From an uncultured Methanosarcinales archaeon (GTDB taxonomy: Archaea > Nanobdellota > Nanobdellia > Woesearchaeales > UBA583), in assembly GCA_964429995.1 (NCBI GenBank), contig CAYSDY010000002.1, positions 110,361-174,360 on the forward strand: a stretch of DNA of 64,000 nucleotides. The letters are read 5' to 3'. A model generated the notes under the pieces. It did not search any database. It was not told the DNA's origin and saw nothing but the letters and a program-made list of their open reading frames with translations. Positions 40,646 through 51,247 of this stretch are shown here, piece after piece. Every line of letters starts with the position of its first letter. The first letter of the stretch is position 1. A program made the translations under genes and the position numbers.

Positions 40646-43537
40646 ATGAGATATTACAAGACAGGTATTTGCGTTTTATTGTTTTTTTTTGTTTTTTGCA
40701 ATGTTGTTTTTGGTGTTGGCGTCTTTGAAAATGGACGATATGTTTATTATACTAATAATTCACAACCACAGATAAGTATTAATATTACTGCTGGCAATGA
40801 AAGGCTTTTTATTGATAAAGGAGTTTTTTCATCTGATAATTTTGAAAAAGTTTATATTATACCTTCAGAGGATAGATATTTACCTTTATTTGCAAGTGGT
40901 AGTTATAATTTTTTACTTGATTTTGGAATTTCAAACATGAATAATCCTAAATTTAAATTGTTTGTTTATGATATGTCTAACAATCAGGTTGTTCCTAAGG
41001 GAGATTCTGTTGATTTTTCTTTAGTTTATGATAATGTGTCTCCTTTTATGACTTATTTTTTGAATGATATCAAAAAGAGTTCTAAACTAATGTTTAAGTT
41101 TAATGAGAGAATTTCTGAGCTTAAGGTTTCTTTTGATGGTCTTGGAACAATAAGATATAACAATATAGAGTACAATAATGTTTTGCTCAATGATATAATT
41201 TCAATTGATGTATCGAGTCTTAATTTTAAGAAGGATTTGTATGATATAACAATAGAATATGTAGATCTTGCTGGGAATGTTGTTGTTGAAACAAAAACAG
41301 TTTATGTTGGTCTTGAAGATCTTAAGGTTGAACTTCTTACAGTTAATGAGGATTCTTCTTTAAAGTATAATTATGATTCAAAATACCCATCTTTTTTTAA
41401 CAAAACAATATATTCTTCTTCTTCTGATTTTTTAATTAAAATAAAGACCAATAAAAATGCAAACTGTTTTTTTAGTTCTTCTTCTTATCAATTTAAAGAA
41501 TTTTATGCTCTTAATGATAAAAAATTAATGGAAAGCGATTCTGAAAATTTGACACATAGTGTAAGTGTTGGAAAGTTGGATGAGAAAATATGGATAGCTT
41601 GTCAGAATACTTATTATGAGAGTGAAATTGTTTATCTTAGTGCGGTTATGGGACTTGGAAATACTTTAATAAATATTGAAAAGTATGATCCATTAACTTT
41701 ATCTATTATTGATTTTGAACCAACAGGATTAGTTACAAATAATCCATTTTCTGTTTTGGCAAATACTGATAATCGTGCTATTTGTAATTATAGAATAGAT
41801 GATGCTGAACTTTTAATGATGGATACTTTAAATTTTACATCTTTTAAAAAAGAGAATGTTCAAACTACTGTTGGTACTCATGAACTGTATTTTGAATGTT
41901 TTGATGTTTTGGGCAGAAAGGCTGTAAAGAATACAAATATTCAGGTTGATCCTAATAGAGGAGTAAGTATTGTTAGTTATTCTCCTAAATATGTTGCAAA
42001 GACTTCTTCAGATATAGAGCTTACATTAAGTGAATCTAATAATGATATAAAATGCCGTTATAGTAAGACACAAAAAAGTAAGAGTAGTTTTTTAACATTG
42101 CCTTTGATATCTAATGGAGTGGGTAATAAGAGAAGTTTTTTACTTAGTGGCCTTGTTTCTGGAAATAATACAGTTTATATATATTGTAGCAAAAATGATG
42201 AGATTAGCGAGGATGTGATATCAATTATATATGATGATAAAGGGATGATGATTGATAATCTTAAATTTATTAATGGAAAGTATAAAAGTGATTATCTTGG
42301 TAGTTCTTTAGAACTTGAATTAGATTTTGATTTATCATCTCTTGTTCCTGTTTCTAAATATACTTTAACTGTTGTTTACAAGGATGATGATAATTATAGT
42401 AAAACTTATTCTGGTAGCAAACCATTATATCTAAAAAGAGATCTTAATGATTCTTTAAAGGTTGTTCTTGTTGCTGATAATGGTTTAACTACTGTTACAA
42501 AAGAGAAGATGATAAAGTTTGATATGGATCCTCCGGTTGTTGAGATAATTAATGTGCTTCAGGGAAAAAAGATTACATGTACAGATCCATTAAGTGGTTG
42601 TGCGTTGATATATTATGGATTTTCAAAAACGGATTTTGATTGTTTGCCAAATAAAATATATGCTAATTCCTCAGATGTGATCAATGTTGCTGGTCAGGTT
42701 TACATGTGTGCTCAGGCTTTTGATTATGTAGGATTATCTTCTAAAGTAACAGTTCTTGTTGGTGATTATAAGCCAAAAGAGGAAGAAAAGAATACTACAG
42801 TTGTTGATAATAAAAAGGATGATAAAAAAACAGATACTGATGATAAAAAGGTTACAGAACCTGAAAATCCATTTAAGAATATAGATGAAGATGATAATAC
42901 ATCTGATGAAAATAATACTGGAATGATAATAGGTGCTGTTATTTTATTGTTTGCAACTGTTGGTGGAGGAGGTTATTATGCATATAAAAAAGGATATCTA
43001 AACAAGGAGCTTGAAAAATTAGGAATAAAAACACATATGCAGAATTCTGGCAATGATTCTTTAATGCAGAATAATTCATCATCAGCAGGAAAAAATAATG
43101 GAATGATTTATGATTCATCTTCTATGCCTTATAGTAACAGGAAAGTTTCATCTTATGATTCTGGTGCTGAATATGATAAGCATATAAACAAAATAAATAG
43201 TTTTATTGATTCAAAGATTAGTGAGACATCTAATGTATTTGCTGAATTTGATGAAAAGAAAAAAAAGAAGGATGATGATAAGGATTCTGATTTTGATCAA
43301 AAAACTCTTATATCAAAAAAGAAATCTAAATCAAATATTATTGAAGAAGAGGATTTTGATGAATTTTACAAAGCAAGCAAGGAAATAGAAAAAAACATAC
43401 AAATGGATGACATAAAAGATCAAGCTACATCATTTGAGGAATATTATAAAAACAAAAAAAAAGACAAATCAGAATTAAAAGATAAGGATATTAAAAATAA
43501 GGATTCTAATAAAAAGGATGATGAAAAGAGTAAGTAA
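40646..43537 (+). CDS. Large membrane-anchored surface protein (Ig-like beta-sandwich repeats) with acidic/basic cytoplasmic tail
   Basis: Signal peptide, D.AGN and D..PP Ig-like motifs, paired cysteines, TM GMIIGAVILLFATVGGGGYY. Confidence 0.65.
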   Translation: MRYYKTGICVLLFFFVFCNVVFGVGVFENGRYVYYTNNSQPQISINITAGNERLFIDKGVFSSDNFEKVYIIPSEDRYLPLFASGSYNFLLDFGISNMNNPKFKLFVYDMSNNQVVPKGDSVDFSLVYDNVSPFMTYFLNDIKKSSKLMFKFNERISELKVSFDGLGTIRYNNIEYNNVLLNDIISIDVSSLNFKKDLYDITIEYVDLAGNVVVETKTVYVGLEDLKVELLTVNEDSSLKYNYDSKYPSFFNKTIYSSSSDFLIKIKTNKNANCFFSSSSYQFKEFYALNDKKLMESDSENLTHSVSVGKLDEKIWIACQNTYYESEIVYLSAVMGLGNTLINIEKYDPLTLSIIDFEPTGLVTNNPFSVLANTDNRAICNYRIDDAELLMMDTLNFTSFKKENVQTTVGTHELYFECFDVLGRKAVKNTNIQVDPNRGVSIVSYSPKYVAKTSSDIELTLSESNNDIKCRYSKTQKSKSSFLTLPLISNGVGNKRSFLLSGLVSGNNTVYIYCSKNDEISEDVISIIYDDKGMMIDNLKFINGKYKSDYLGSSLELELDFDLSSLVPVSKYTLTVVYKDDDNYSKTYSGSKPLYLKRDLNDSLKVVLVADNGLTTVTKEKMIKFDMDPPVVEIINVLQGKKITCTDPLSGCALIYYGFSKTDFDCLPNKIYANSSDVINVAGQVYMCAQAFDYVGLSSKVTVLVGDYKPKEEEKNTTVVDNKKDDKKTDTDDKKVTEPENPFKNIDEDDNTSDENNTGMIIGAVILLFATVGGGGYYAYKKGYLNKELEKLGIKTHMQNSGNDSLMQNNSSSAGKNNGMIYDSSSMPYSNRKVSSYDSGAEYDKHINKINSFIDSKISETSNVFAEFDEKKKKKDDDKDSDFDQKTLISKKKSKSNIIEEEDFDEFYKASKEIEKNIQMDDIKDQATSFEEYYKNKKKDKSELKDKDIKNKDSNKKDDEKSK

Positions 43538-43582
43538 GGTTTTATTTATCTAAGTTTTCTTTTAAAAGGAAATTCTTTTTAA

Positions 43583-44284
43583 ATGAAACATAGTTTTATA
43601 TTTTTAATGAATAAAAAGAAAGGTTTTTTGGATTACCTTAAAAGGTTCTGGAAATATTTATGGCATGATGATTCTTTGGGTTCTTATGTCTTAAATTTTA
43701 TTTTTGCATTTATTTTTATAAAATATCTGTTCTTTCCTACAATTGGTTTTTTACTTAACAATGATTATCCTATGGTTGCAATTGTTTCAGGTAGTATGGA
43801 ACATAAAATAGTTAATCATAATGTGTGTGATAAAAATGTTGTTGATACGCAAAATAAAAACCTTAATTTTGATGAATGGTGGAGTTTGTGTGGTACATAT
43901 TATGAAAAGATTAACATAACAAAAGCTGACTTTAAAGATTTTGATTATTCAGGTGGGCTTAATATAGGAGATATGATGGTTTTGTATGGAAAAGATCCTA
44001 AAAACATAGAAGTTGGAGAAATACTTGTATTTATTCCACAAGATAGGAATTTTTTTGTGCAAAAAGGTCCAGTTATACACAGAGTGGTTGATAAATGGGA
44101 AAATGAGAATGATGGTAAGTTTTATTTTGCAACTAAAGGGGATCATAATTCTGAAATATTTAAAGATTTTGAAAATAATATATCATCTGATAATGTGATT
44201 GCTGTTGGAGTTGTAAGAATTCCTTATATGGGATATGTAAAGATTATGTTTACAAAATTGGTATCTTATGTGACTGGTGGTTAG
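43583..44284 (+). CDS. Signal peptidase I (archaeal S26)
   Basis: IVSGSME, VIHRV, TKGDHN, IPYMGY. Confidence 0.9.
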   Translation: MKHSFIFLMNKKKGFLDYLKRFWKYLWHDDSLGSYVLNFIFAFIFIKYLFFPTIGFLLNNDYPMVAIVSGSMEHKIVNHNVCDKNVVDTQNKNLNFDEWWSLCGTYYEKINITKADFKDFDYSGGLNIGDMMVLYGKDPKNIEVGEILVFIPQDRNFFVQKGPVIHRVVDKWENENDGKFYFATKGDHNSEIFKDFENNISSDNVIAVGVVRIPYMGYVKIMFTKLVSYVTGG

Positions 44285-45623
44285 GCAAATGATTGAATCA
44301 AAACTTAGAAGTGTTGTTTTAGGAAGGATTAAAACGGATGAGTCTGAACATGCTTTTATTACATCTTGTGTTGAATCTGTTATTAAAAATCTTACAACTT
44401 GTGCTGAAAAATTAAATATTGACTGTAATTTTTTTGTTGGTGGTAGTTTTGGAAAGAATACTTATCTTAAGAATAATTCAGATGTTGATGTCTTTGCAAG
44501 GTTTTCTTTATCATATGATGATGATAAACTTAATGTTTATCTTGAAAAAATTTTAGAATTGGCTGGATATGATTATAAAAAACTTAAAGGATCAAGAGAT
44601 TATTTTGCTTTTTCTTTAAAGAATGGTAAAATTAGTCTTGATTTTGAGATAGTTCCTAATAGGTTTATTTTGTCTGCGGATAAGGCATTAAATACTACTG
44701 ATGTTTCTCCTTTTCATGTTGAGTTCATAAAAAAGATAGCTAAAAAAAATCCTTCTGTTTGCGATGAGATAAGACTTGCAAAACAGTTTTTTAAATCAAA
44801 AAAGTTATATGGTGCTGAGAGTTATATTAAAGGGTTTTCAGGTCATGTTATAGATATTATGATAAGTTATTATGGTAGTCTTGAAAACTTGCTAAATGAT
44901 GCTAAAACATGGGGAGAAGAAAAATTGATCGACATTAACAATGAATATGGATGTATTGATAAGGCAAAAGATTTTATGGGTAAATGTGGTAAATCATCAA
45001 GACTTATAGTTGTTGATCCTGTCTTAAAAGAGCGTAATGCAGCAAAATCGTTAAGTGATGATAATTATGCAAGATTCATTTTGATTGCAAATTTTATTTT
45101 GGAATTAAAAGAATCAGATTTTATAATAAATGATGTAGAAATCTTAGACTTATTTAAAAGTGCAAAAAAATTTGCAGAATCAAATGGTATGTTTTTTCTT
45201 TCGTATATTGTATCAGTTGATATGAAAGGAAATAGTTGTGATATTGTTGGGTCAAAACTTTTAAAATTACATGGAAAACTTAAAAAGTATTATGAATCGT
45301 ATGATTTTTTTTCATTAAAGGATACTTTTTCAGTAGAACTTAAAAGATCTAATCAGGCTTTAATGGTATTTTTTTTTGAATATTCTAAATTGTCTGACCT
45401 AAAAAAGGTTATAGGTCCTTATGTTCATATGAAAGATAGTGTTGCAAATTTTATAAAAGATAAAAAATTTTATTTTGTTGAAGATTTTAGAGTTTACTCG
45501 TATCAGAAGAGAGATAAGTGCAAACTTAAGGATATTGCTTTTGTTGATGCTTTAAAAATGGAAAAACTTTTAGGTAAGGATATGAGTTTTGTTTCAAAAG
45601 TTAGATTTTATTCTAATCTTTAA
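44277..45623 (+). CDS. cca: Class I (archaeal) CCA-adding enzyme
   Basis: GGSFGKNTYL...SDVDVF, YGAESYIKGFSG, VDPV...RNAA. Confidence 0.88.
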   Translation: MVRQMIESKLRSVVLGRIKTDESEHAFITSCVESVIKNLTTCAEKLNIDCNFFVGGSFGKNTYLKNNSDVDVFARFSLSYDDDKLNVYLEKILELAGYDYKKLKGSRDYFAFSLKNGKISLDFEIVPNRFILSADKALNTTDVSPFHVEFIKKIAKKNPSVCDEIRLAKQFFKSKKLYGAESYIKGFSGHVIDIMISYYGSLENLLNDAKTWGEEKLIDINNEYGCIDKAKDFMGKCGKSSRLIVVDPVLKERNAAKSLSDDNYARFILIANFILELKESDFIINDVEILDLFKSAKKFAESNGMFFLSYIVSVDMKGNSCDIVGSKLLKLHGKLKKYYESYDFFSLKDTFSVELKRSNQALMVFFFEYSKLSDLKKVIGPYVHMKDSVANFIKDKKFYFVEDFRVYSYQKRDKCKLKDIAFVDALKMEKLLGKDMSFVSKVRFYSNL

Positions 45624-45644
45624 AGTTATATTTTAGGTTTATGT

Positions 45645-45768
45645 TTTATTCCTTTGAATAAATGAATACTTCAAAGGAATGATTAAAAATTGCAGTAAAA
45701 AAAAATGAGTGATAAATGCCCCATCATTTATGGCTGGGATAATTCAAATTTTGTGATTTTTGTTTTAT
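45645..45768. repeat. Dispersed repeat, copy 2 (overlaps the smc 3' end)
   Basis: attcctttgaa...ttcaaaggaat hairpin and ccccatcatttatggctggg motif. Confidence 0.8.
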
Positions 45769-48700
45769 TATCTTCTTTTTCTATATAATCACTCATGTTT
45801 CTTAAATCAAGACTTACTACATCACTTATCTTGTATTTATCCATTGTAACTCCATATATTATCTCTGCACTTTGTATTAAGTGTTCACTATGGCTTACAA
45901 CTATGTATTGTGCGTATTTGGAATATTGTCGTATTAGTTTTCCTAATTTTTCTGCATTCATTATGTCAAGTGCAGCATCTACTTCATCAAATATGTAAAA
46001 ACTTGCAGGATTGAATTCTTGTACTGCAAATATGAAAGCTATTGCTGTAATTGTTTTTTCTCCACCTGATAATGATTTTATATCAAGATAATTTTTTTGT
46101 GTAAGCCTTACTCTTATATCTACTCCATTGTTAAATATGTCGTTTTCGTTTTCAAGTATTAACTCAACTTCTCCTTTTGTTGATAGTGTTGAAAATACTT
46201 CTATAAAATTCTTTTTTAGTTTATTGAAAGTTTCTAAGAATTTTTCTTTCTTTTTTACATCCATTTCTGCTATAAGTTTTAATATATCTTCTTTTTCTAT
46301 GTTTAATGATTCTCTTTTTTCTAATAAATTATTAAATTCTTCGTATAGCATGTCATAAACTTCAATCGCTTTAAGATTGATTGAACCAAATGAATTTATT
46401 TTTGATTTTATATTGTTTACCTTGTTTTGTAATTCTTTTATATTTAATTCGTTGTTGTTTAGTTCTTTTTCGACATCTGTTATCAATTCTTCTATTTTAT
46501 TATGTCCTATTTGATTTCCATCAGATCCTGTCATTATGAACTCGCTCTTTATTTCTTCATATACAAGATCAAGTTCTTCATTTAATGTTTCGTTTAATGT
46601 ATTAAATTCAGATAATGAATAATTTAGTGTTGCAATATCTGTTTTGATTTTTTCAAATTTGGAATATTCTTTGTCGTATTCTTCTTCCAATTTTTTTCTT
46701 GATGATTTTAAATCATCTCTTTGTTGAATAAATTCTTTATAATTTTTTGATAATTCTTTTTCTTTTTTTTGGTTTGTTTTTAATTCTTCTGATAATTCTT
46801 TATCTTTTTGTGATAATTCTTCTAACTTTTCCTTAAATTCTTTTATTGCAATTTCAGATTCTTTTGCTATTTTATGTAAATTGTTTATATCAGGTGTTAA
46901 AACATTTTTTATCTGTATATTGTGACTGTCTATTGAAAGATTGATTTTTGCTAAATTTTCTTTTAAAGAGTCTCTTTCTTTTTCCATAAGATTAATTGTT
47001 TCTATTATGTCTGCCTGTTGGTTTGAATTGAATTTAAATTTGTTTTTTTCAGTGTTTAATTCTTCTATTTCTTTTGTTAACAAATCTATGTCTTTATCTA
47101 TTTTTTTTATACTATTTTCTATGACTACTTTGTCTGAAAGTATGTTATTTATCAATTCGTGGATTTCCTTATCACTTGAATTTATTGAGAGTATTTTTTC
47201 AATTTTACTTATTTCTCCTTCAAGTTCTGCTTTTTCCTGTCTTAGCGAGTATAGTTTTTCTTCACTATTCTTTTTTTCTTCTTTTAATATATCAATACTT
47301 GAAGATACAGAACTAATTTTATTTTCAAGTGCCTGCATTTTTTCTTCAAGCACATCGTCTTTAAAGATACCCATACTTGTGTTTTTTGATTTAAAACCAC
47401 CAGTCATTGCACCGGATTTTGATACTATATCGCCATCAAGTGTAACCATTTTATATGTACCTATTCCTATTTGTTTTGAATCTTCTATTCTTTCTATTAC
47501 TATTGAATCAGCAAAAATTAAATGAAATATGTTTTCGTATTTTGGATCGTATTTTACAAGGTTTAATGCATAATCTATTACTCCTTTCTTGTTTAATACT
47601 GATTCATCAAGTTTGAATTTTTTGTGTATTTGATTTAAAGGTAAAAATGTTGCATTTCCTATTCTGTTGTCTTTAAGATAATTAATGTATTTTACAGCTG
47701 TTGCATCATTTTCTACTACTATGTTAAATAGATTTTTGCCTGCAATTGTTTCCATTGCCATTGCATATTTTTCTGTAACGCTTGCAAGTTCTGCAACAGT
47801 ACCACATATTGAATTATCTTTATTTTTTAGTTTTATAATTGTGTCTACTGCTTTGTTTGTCATCATTATTTCTTTTGAACTTTCAAGTCTTATCTTTAAT
47901 TTTGAGTGTTTTTCTATTAATTCTGAATATTCATTTAAAAGATTGTTTAATTTTGCACTTGCTTGTGAGTTATTGCTTGCTGTTTGAGATATTTCAATTA
48001 TTGCTTTTTTTAATTTTGTTCTATACTGTTCAAGTATCTTTATTTGTTCTTTATTTTCTATATTGCTTTTTTCTATTTTATTAAGATCGTTTTCAAGATG
48101 TTCTATTTTTGTGTTTAATTTTTCTATTTGGATTTGGTTTTCCTGCTTTATCTGATTTTTGTTGTACTTTTTTGAATTTAAATCTTCTATTTGTTGTTCT
48201 ATCTCATCAATTTTTTTTAAACTTTCAGTTGAAAGGCCTTTTTTTTGTTCTGATAATTTTAATTCTGCTGTTCTTATTTTTTTTTCAATTTCTGATTTTT
48301 CATTAATAAGATCTGTAATCTTTTCATTTATAGCTTTTATTTCTGAATTATTGTTTTTTATATTTTCACTTATTTCAATATTTTTTGTTTTTATTTCCTC
48401 TATTTGTTTTTTTAATTCTGCTTTTTTTTCGTTAACTTTTTGTATTTCACCTTCAAGATAAGTTATTTTATTTGTTACTTCTATAAAATCTTGGTGTGAT
48501 TTTATTTCTATGCTTTTTTCAAGATTTTCAAGCATAAAATCTATTTTTGATTCTTCCTTTTCAAGAGTTTCAAGTTGATGTTTTGATTTTTCAAGTATTT
48601 TTTCGTTTGAACTTAATTCTTCTGTTTTTTTATCTTTTAGTTGTTTGTTTCGTAAAAGTTTTGATTTTATTAAAAGAAGATTGTTAAATCTTAATTCTGC

Positions 48701-49363
48701 TTTTGCCTGATTATATTTTTCAGCAAGTTCTTTTTCTGATTTTAATTCTTTTATGTATTTTGTCTTTTCAGCAAGAAGAAGATCTGCTTCTTTTAGATCT
48801 ATTTCAACTTTTTCAAGTTTTGATAATGAATTTTGCCTTTTTTCTTCGTAATTTGAAATGTTGGAAATTTCTTCTATTAGTTCACGCCTTTCATTTGGGG
48901 TCATGTTAACTATCTTATTAATGTCTCCTTGAAGGATTATGTTGTATCCATCTGGATTAATTGATGCATTTTTTAAGATTTCAAGTATTTCTGTTCTTGT
49001 TGCTTTTTTATCGTTTATATAGTACATAGATGAACCTAATTTGTTTACTATTCTACTTATTTTAATTTCATCACAATCAATGTTTAAAAGTTCCTTGTTC
49101 TCATTTGAAAGAAAGATTGCAACTTCTGCTTCTTTTGATGGTTTTGATGTTTTACCTCCATTAAATACAAGATTTCCAAGTTTGTCAGCCCTTAAACCTT
49201 TAGATGACATTCTTCCTAATACAAAACAAAGTGCATCAAAAACATTAGATTTTCCAGATCCATTGGCTCCAACTATTGTGTTAAAACCTTCTTCAAAATT
49301 AAGTACTGTAGGATTAGCAAAAGATTTGAATCCTTTAAGTTTTAAACGTTTAATTCTACTCAT
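45728..49363 (-). CDS. smc: Chromosome segregation protein SMC
   Basis: GFKSF, GANGSGKSN, hinge (GTVAEL, TFLPL, VTLDG...GAMTGG), LSGGEK, DEVDAALD. Confidence 0.96.
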   Translation of the reverse strand: MSRIKRLKLKGFKSFANPTVLNFEEGFNTIVGANGSGKSNVFDALCFVLGRMSSKGLRADKLGNLVFNGGKTSKPSKEAEVAIFLSNENKELLNIDCDEIKISRIVNKLGSSMYYINDKKATRTEILEILKNASINPDGYNIILQGDINKIVNMTPNERRELIEEISNISNYEEKRQNSLSKLEKVEIDLKEADLLLAEKTKYIKELKSEKELAEKYNQAKAELRFNNLLLIKSKLLRNKQLKDKKTEELSSNEKILEKSKHQLETLEKEESKIDFMLENLEKSIEIKSHQDFIEVTNKITYLEGEIQKVNEKKAELKKQIEEIKTKNIEISENIKNNNSEIKAINEKITDLINEKSEIEKKIRTAELKLSEQKKGLSTESLKKIDEIEQQIEDLNSKKYNKNQIKQENQIQIEKLNTKIEHLENDLNKIEKSNIENKEQIKILEQYRTKLKKAIIEISQTASNNSQASAKLNNLLNEYSELIEKHSKLKIRLESSKEIMMTNKAVDTIIKLKNKDNSICGTVAELASVTEKYAMAMETIAGKNLFNIVVENDATAVKYINYLKDNRIGNATFLPLNQIHKKFKLDESVLNKKGVIDYALNLVKYDPKYENIFHLIFADSIVIERIEDSKQIGIGTYKMVTLDGDIVSKSGAMTGGFKSKNTSMGIFKDDVLEEKMQALENKISSVSSSIDILKEEKKNSEEKLYSLRQEKAELEGEISKIEKILSINSSDKEIHELINNILSDKVVIENSIKKIDKDIDLLTKEIEELNTEKNKFKFNSNQQADIIETINLMEKERDSLKENLAKINLSIDSHNIQIKNVLTPDINNLHKIAKESEIAIKEFKEKLEELSQKDKELSEELKTNQKKEKELSKNYKEFIQQRDDLKSSRKKLEEEYDKEYSKFEKIKTDIATLNYSLSEFNTLNETLNEELDLVYEEIKSEFIMTGSDGNQIGHNKIEELITDVEKELNNNELNIKELQNKVNNIKSKINSFGSINLKAIEVYDMLYEEFNNLLEKRESLNIEKEDILKLIAEMDVKKKEKFLETFNKLKKNFIEVFSTLSTKGEVELILENENDIFNNGVDIRVRLTQKNYLDIKSLSGGEKTITAIAFIFAVQEFNPASFYIFDEVDAALDIMNAEKLGKLIRQYSKYAQYIVVSHSEHLIQSAEIIYGVTMDKYKISDVVSLDLRNMSDYIEKEDNKTKITKFELSQP

Positions 49364-49447
49364 TATTAATAAGAAATATTTAAAAAAAAACTTTTAAATG
49401 TTTGTTGTAAAGTTTAGTAGTAAGAGTTGATAATTTTATAAAAAACA

Positions 49448-49888
49448 TCATTTGTTAAGGAATCCTTCTATTATTTTTTCTAAATCGTTTATAATTTCTT
49501 TTTTTATCTTTGTAATTTCATCTCTTGTTATAAAATTTAATGGTTCCCATAAATCAATGTATCTTTCAAGTTTTGCAACTTCATCATGACTCGCCATTAT
49601 TTTTATTTGTTTTACCATCTTGCTTTCAAAATCCTTAACATTTTTAATTTCGCTTTTTATTTCTTTTACATCGTTTTTTATTTCTTTTATCTGTTGAAAT
49701 ATTTTTTTGAAATTATCTATTGCATTATGATCTAAAAGTTCTATTTTTTCATTGATTGTATCTAATGAATTTTCTATGTCTTTTTGTCTTTCAACTACTG
49801 TTAATATTGCTTTAGAATGAGTATCTACTGTTTCCTGAAACTGTTTCTGCTTTATTTCATCCGAGTTTCCAAAAAGGTTGCTGCTCAT
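49448..49888 (-). CDS. Hypothetical coiled-coil protein
   Basis: 146-aa ORF with LERYIDLWEPLNF, co-oriented with its neighbours. Confidence 0.7.
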   Translation of the reverse strand: MSSNLFGNSDEIKQKQFQETVDTHSKAILTVVERQKDIENSLDTINEKIELLDHNAIDNFKKIFQQIKEIKNDVKEIKSEIKNVKDFESKMVKQIKIMASHDEVAKLERYIDLWEPLNFITRDEITKIKKEIINDLEKIIEGFLNK

Positions 49889-49892
49889 TTTT

Positions 49893-51149
49893 TTATTTGA
49901 TCATTTCCTTATATATTTTTATTAGTTTTTCAGCTGGAAAATCCCATGAAAATCTATAAAAATTATTGTGTGCATTTTCTCTTATGTGTTGGTGTAAATC
50001 TTCATATCTTATAAGTGAAATCATTTGATTGGCCATTTCATCAGTATCCCAAAAATCAACTTTAAATGAATGTGTAAGTACTTCTGATATGCCAGATTGT
50101 TTGGATATTATTGTTGGTGTTCCTTTAGCAACAGCCTCAAGAGGTACTATTCCAAAAGGCTCTGATACTGATGGCATTACAAATATGTCTGCTAATGAAA
50201 AAAACATGTCCGCTTCATTCCTACTGTATTTTCTTCCAAGAAGGTATATATTGTTTTTTATGCCATATTCATCACAAAGACTTTTTATTCTTGGTAATAA
50301 GTCACCTTCTCCTGCTACTATAAACTTTGTGTCTTTTTCGTATTCTAATACTTTTTTGGCTGCTCTTATGAAAAATTCTGGACCTTTTTGAGTTGTGATT
50401 CTTCCTGCAAATAGTACTATCTTGTTTTTATTCCCATAATTTTTTCCACTTAATTCTGGTTCAAGATCACTAATACCTCCGTTATGGATTACTCTTATTT
50501 TGTCTGGATTTACATGATAGCAATCAACAAGTTTGTGTTTTACAAAATTACTTACAGCAACAAGAATGTCGCAATTAGCAAAACCTTCCTGTTCTATTTT
50601 AAATATTTCATCATCTCCACCCATATTTCCTGTCTTGTCAAGCTCAGTTATGTGTACATGAAGAATTACAGGTTTGCCAGTTAATTTTTTAAGTATTAAT
50701 GCTGCCGGAATACTTGTCCAATCGTGTGCATGAATTATGTCAAATTTTTCATCCTTGTATATTTCTGCAACTCTTTTGGCATAAAGATATACTTCTTCAA
50801 GCAGGTTATCTCCATAAAGTTTTCCTATATCTTTTTTTGTATTGCCGTTTTCTTTTTTTTGTAACTCCCTTATTCTTGCTGAGTATTTTTCGTATGTATC
50901 ATATGCTTTTATGGTACTGAAAACTCTTCTAAAATTGAGACTAAACTGTACATGTTTTCCAAAAGAATGTGCAGACTGTATTTTTAATTTTTCAAATCTT
51001 GTTTCTTCCTGTGCTGGACCATATGGCATTACATAGGTTATATCAAGTGTCTCGTTTTTGCAAAGGGAACGTGTGAGTTCGTAACATGCTATTCCTAAAC
51101 CCCCTGCAAAGTGAGGTGGAAATTCCCATCCGAGCATTAAAATTTTCAT
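49893..51149 (-). CDS. GT4-family glycosyltransferase (probably glycogen-related)
   Basis: LGWEFPP..AGGLG, HAHDW, MPSVSEPFGIVPLEA. Confidence 0.9.
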   Translation of the reverse strand: MKILMLGWEFPPHFAGGLGIACYELTRSLCKNETLDITYVMPYGPAQEETRFEKLKIQSAHSFGKHVQFSLNFRRVFSTIKAYDTYEKYSARIRELQKKENGNTKKDIGKLYGDNLLEEVYLYAKRVAEIYKDEKFDIIHAHDWTSIPAALILKKLTGKPVILHVHITELDKTGNMGGDDEIFKIEQEGFANCDILVAVSNFVKHKLVDCYHVNPDKIRVIHNGGISDLEPELSGKNYGNKNKIVLFAGRITTQKGPEFFIRAAKKVLEYEKDTKFIVAGEGDLLPRIKSLCDEYGIKNNIYLLGRKYSRNEADMFFSLADIFVMPSVSEPFGIVPLEAVAKGTPTIISKQSGISEVLTHSFKVDFWDTDEMANQMISLIRYEDLHQHIRENAHNNFYRFSWDFPAEKLIKIYKEMIK

Positions 51150-51247
51150 CTAATAAAAAATAAGTTCCTTGTTTTATACAATTTCGTTTTTACTGCATTA
51201 AGGTAAAAAGTTTTAATTAAATGTTAATGGTAATAAAAAAATAATAT

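Noticed and set aside
45795..49397. Many short plus-strand ORFs inside smc, and similar short ORFs nested in other long genes
   Set aside because: Antisense or alternate-frame shadows of well-supported genes, with no motifs.
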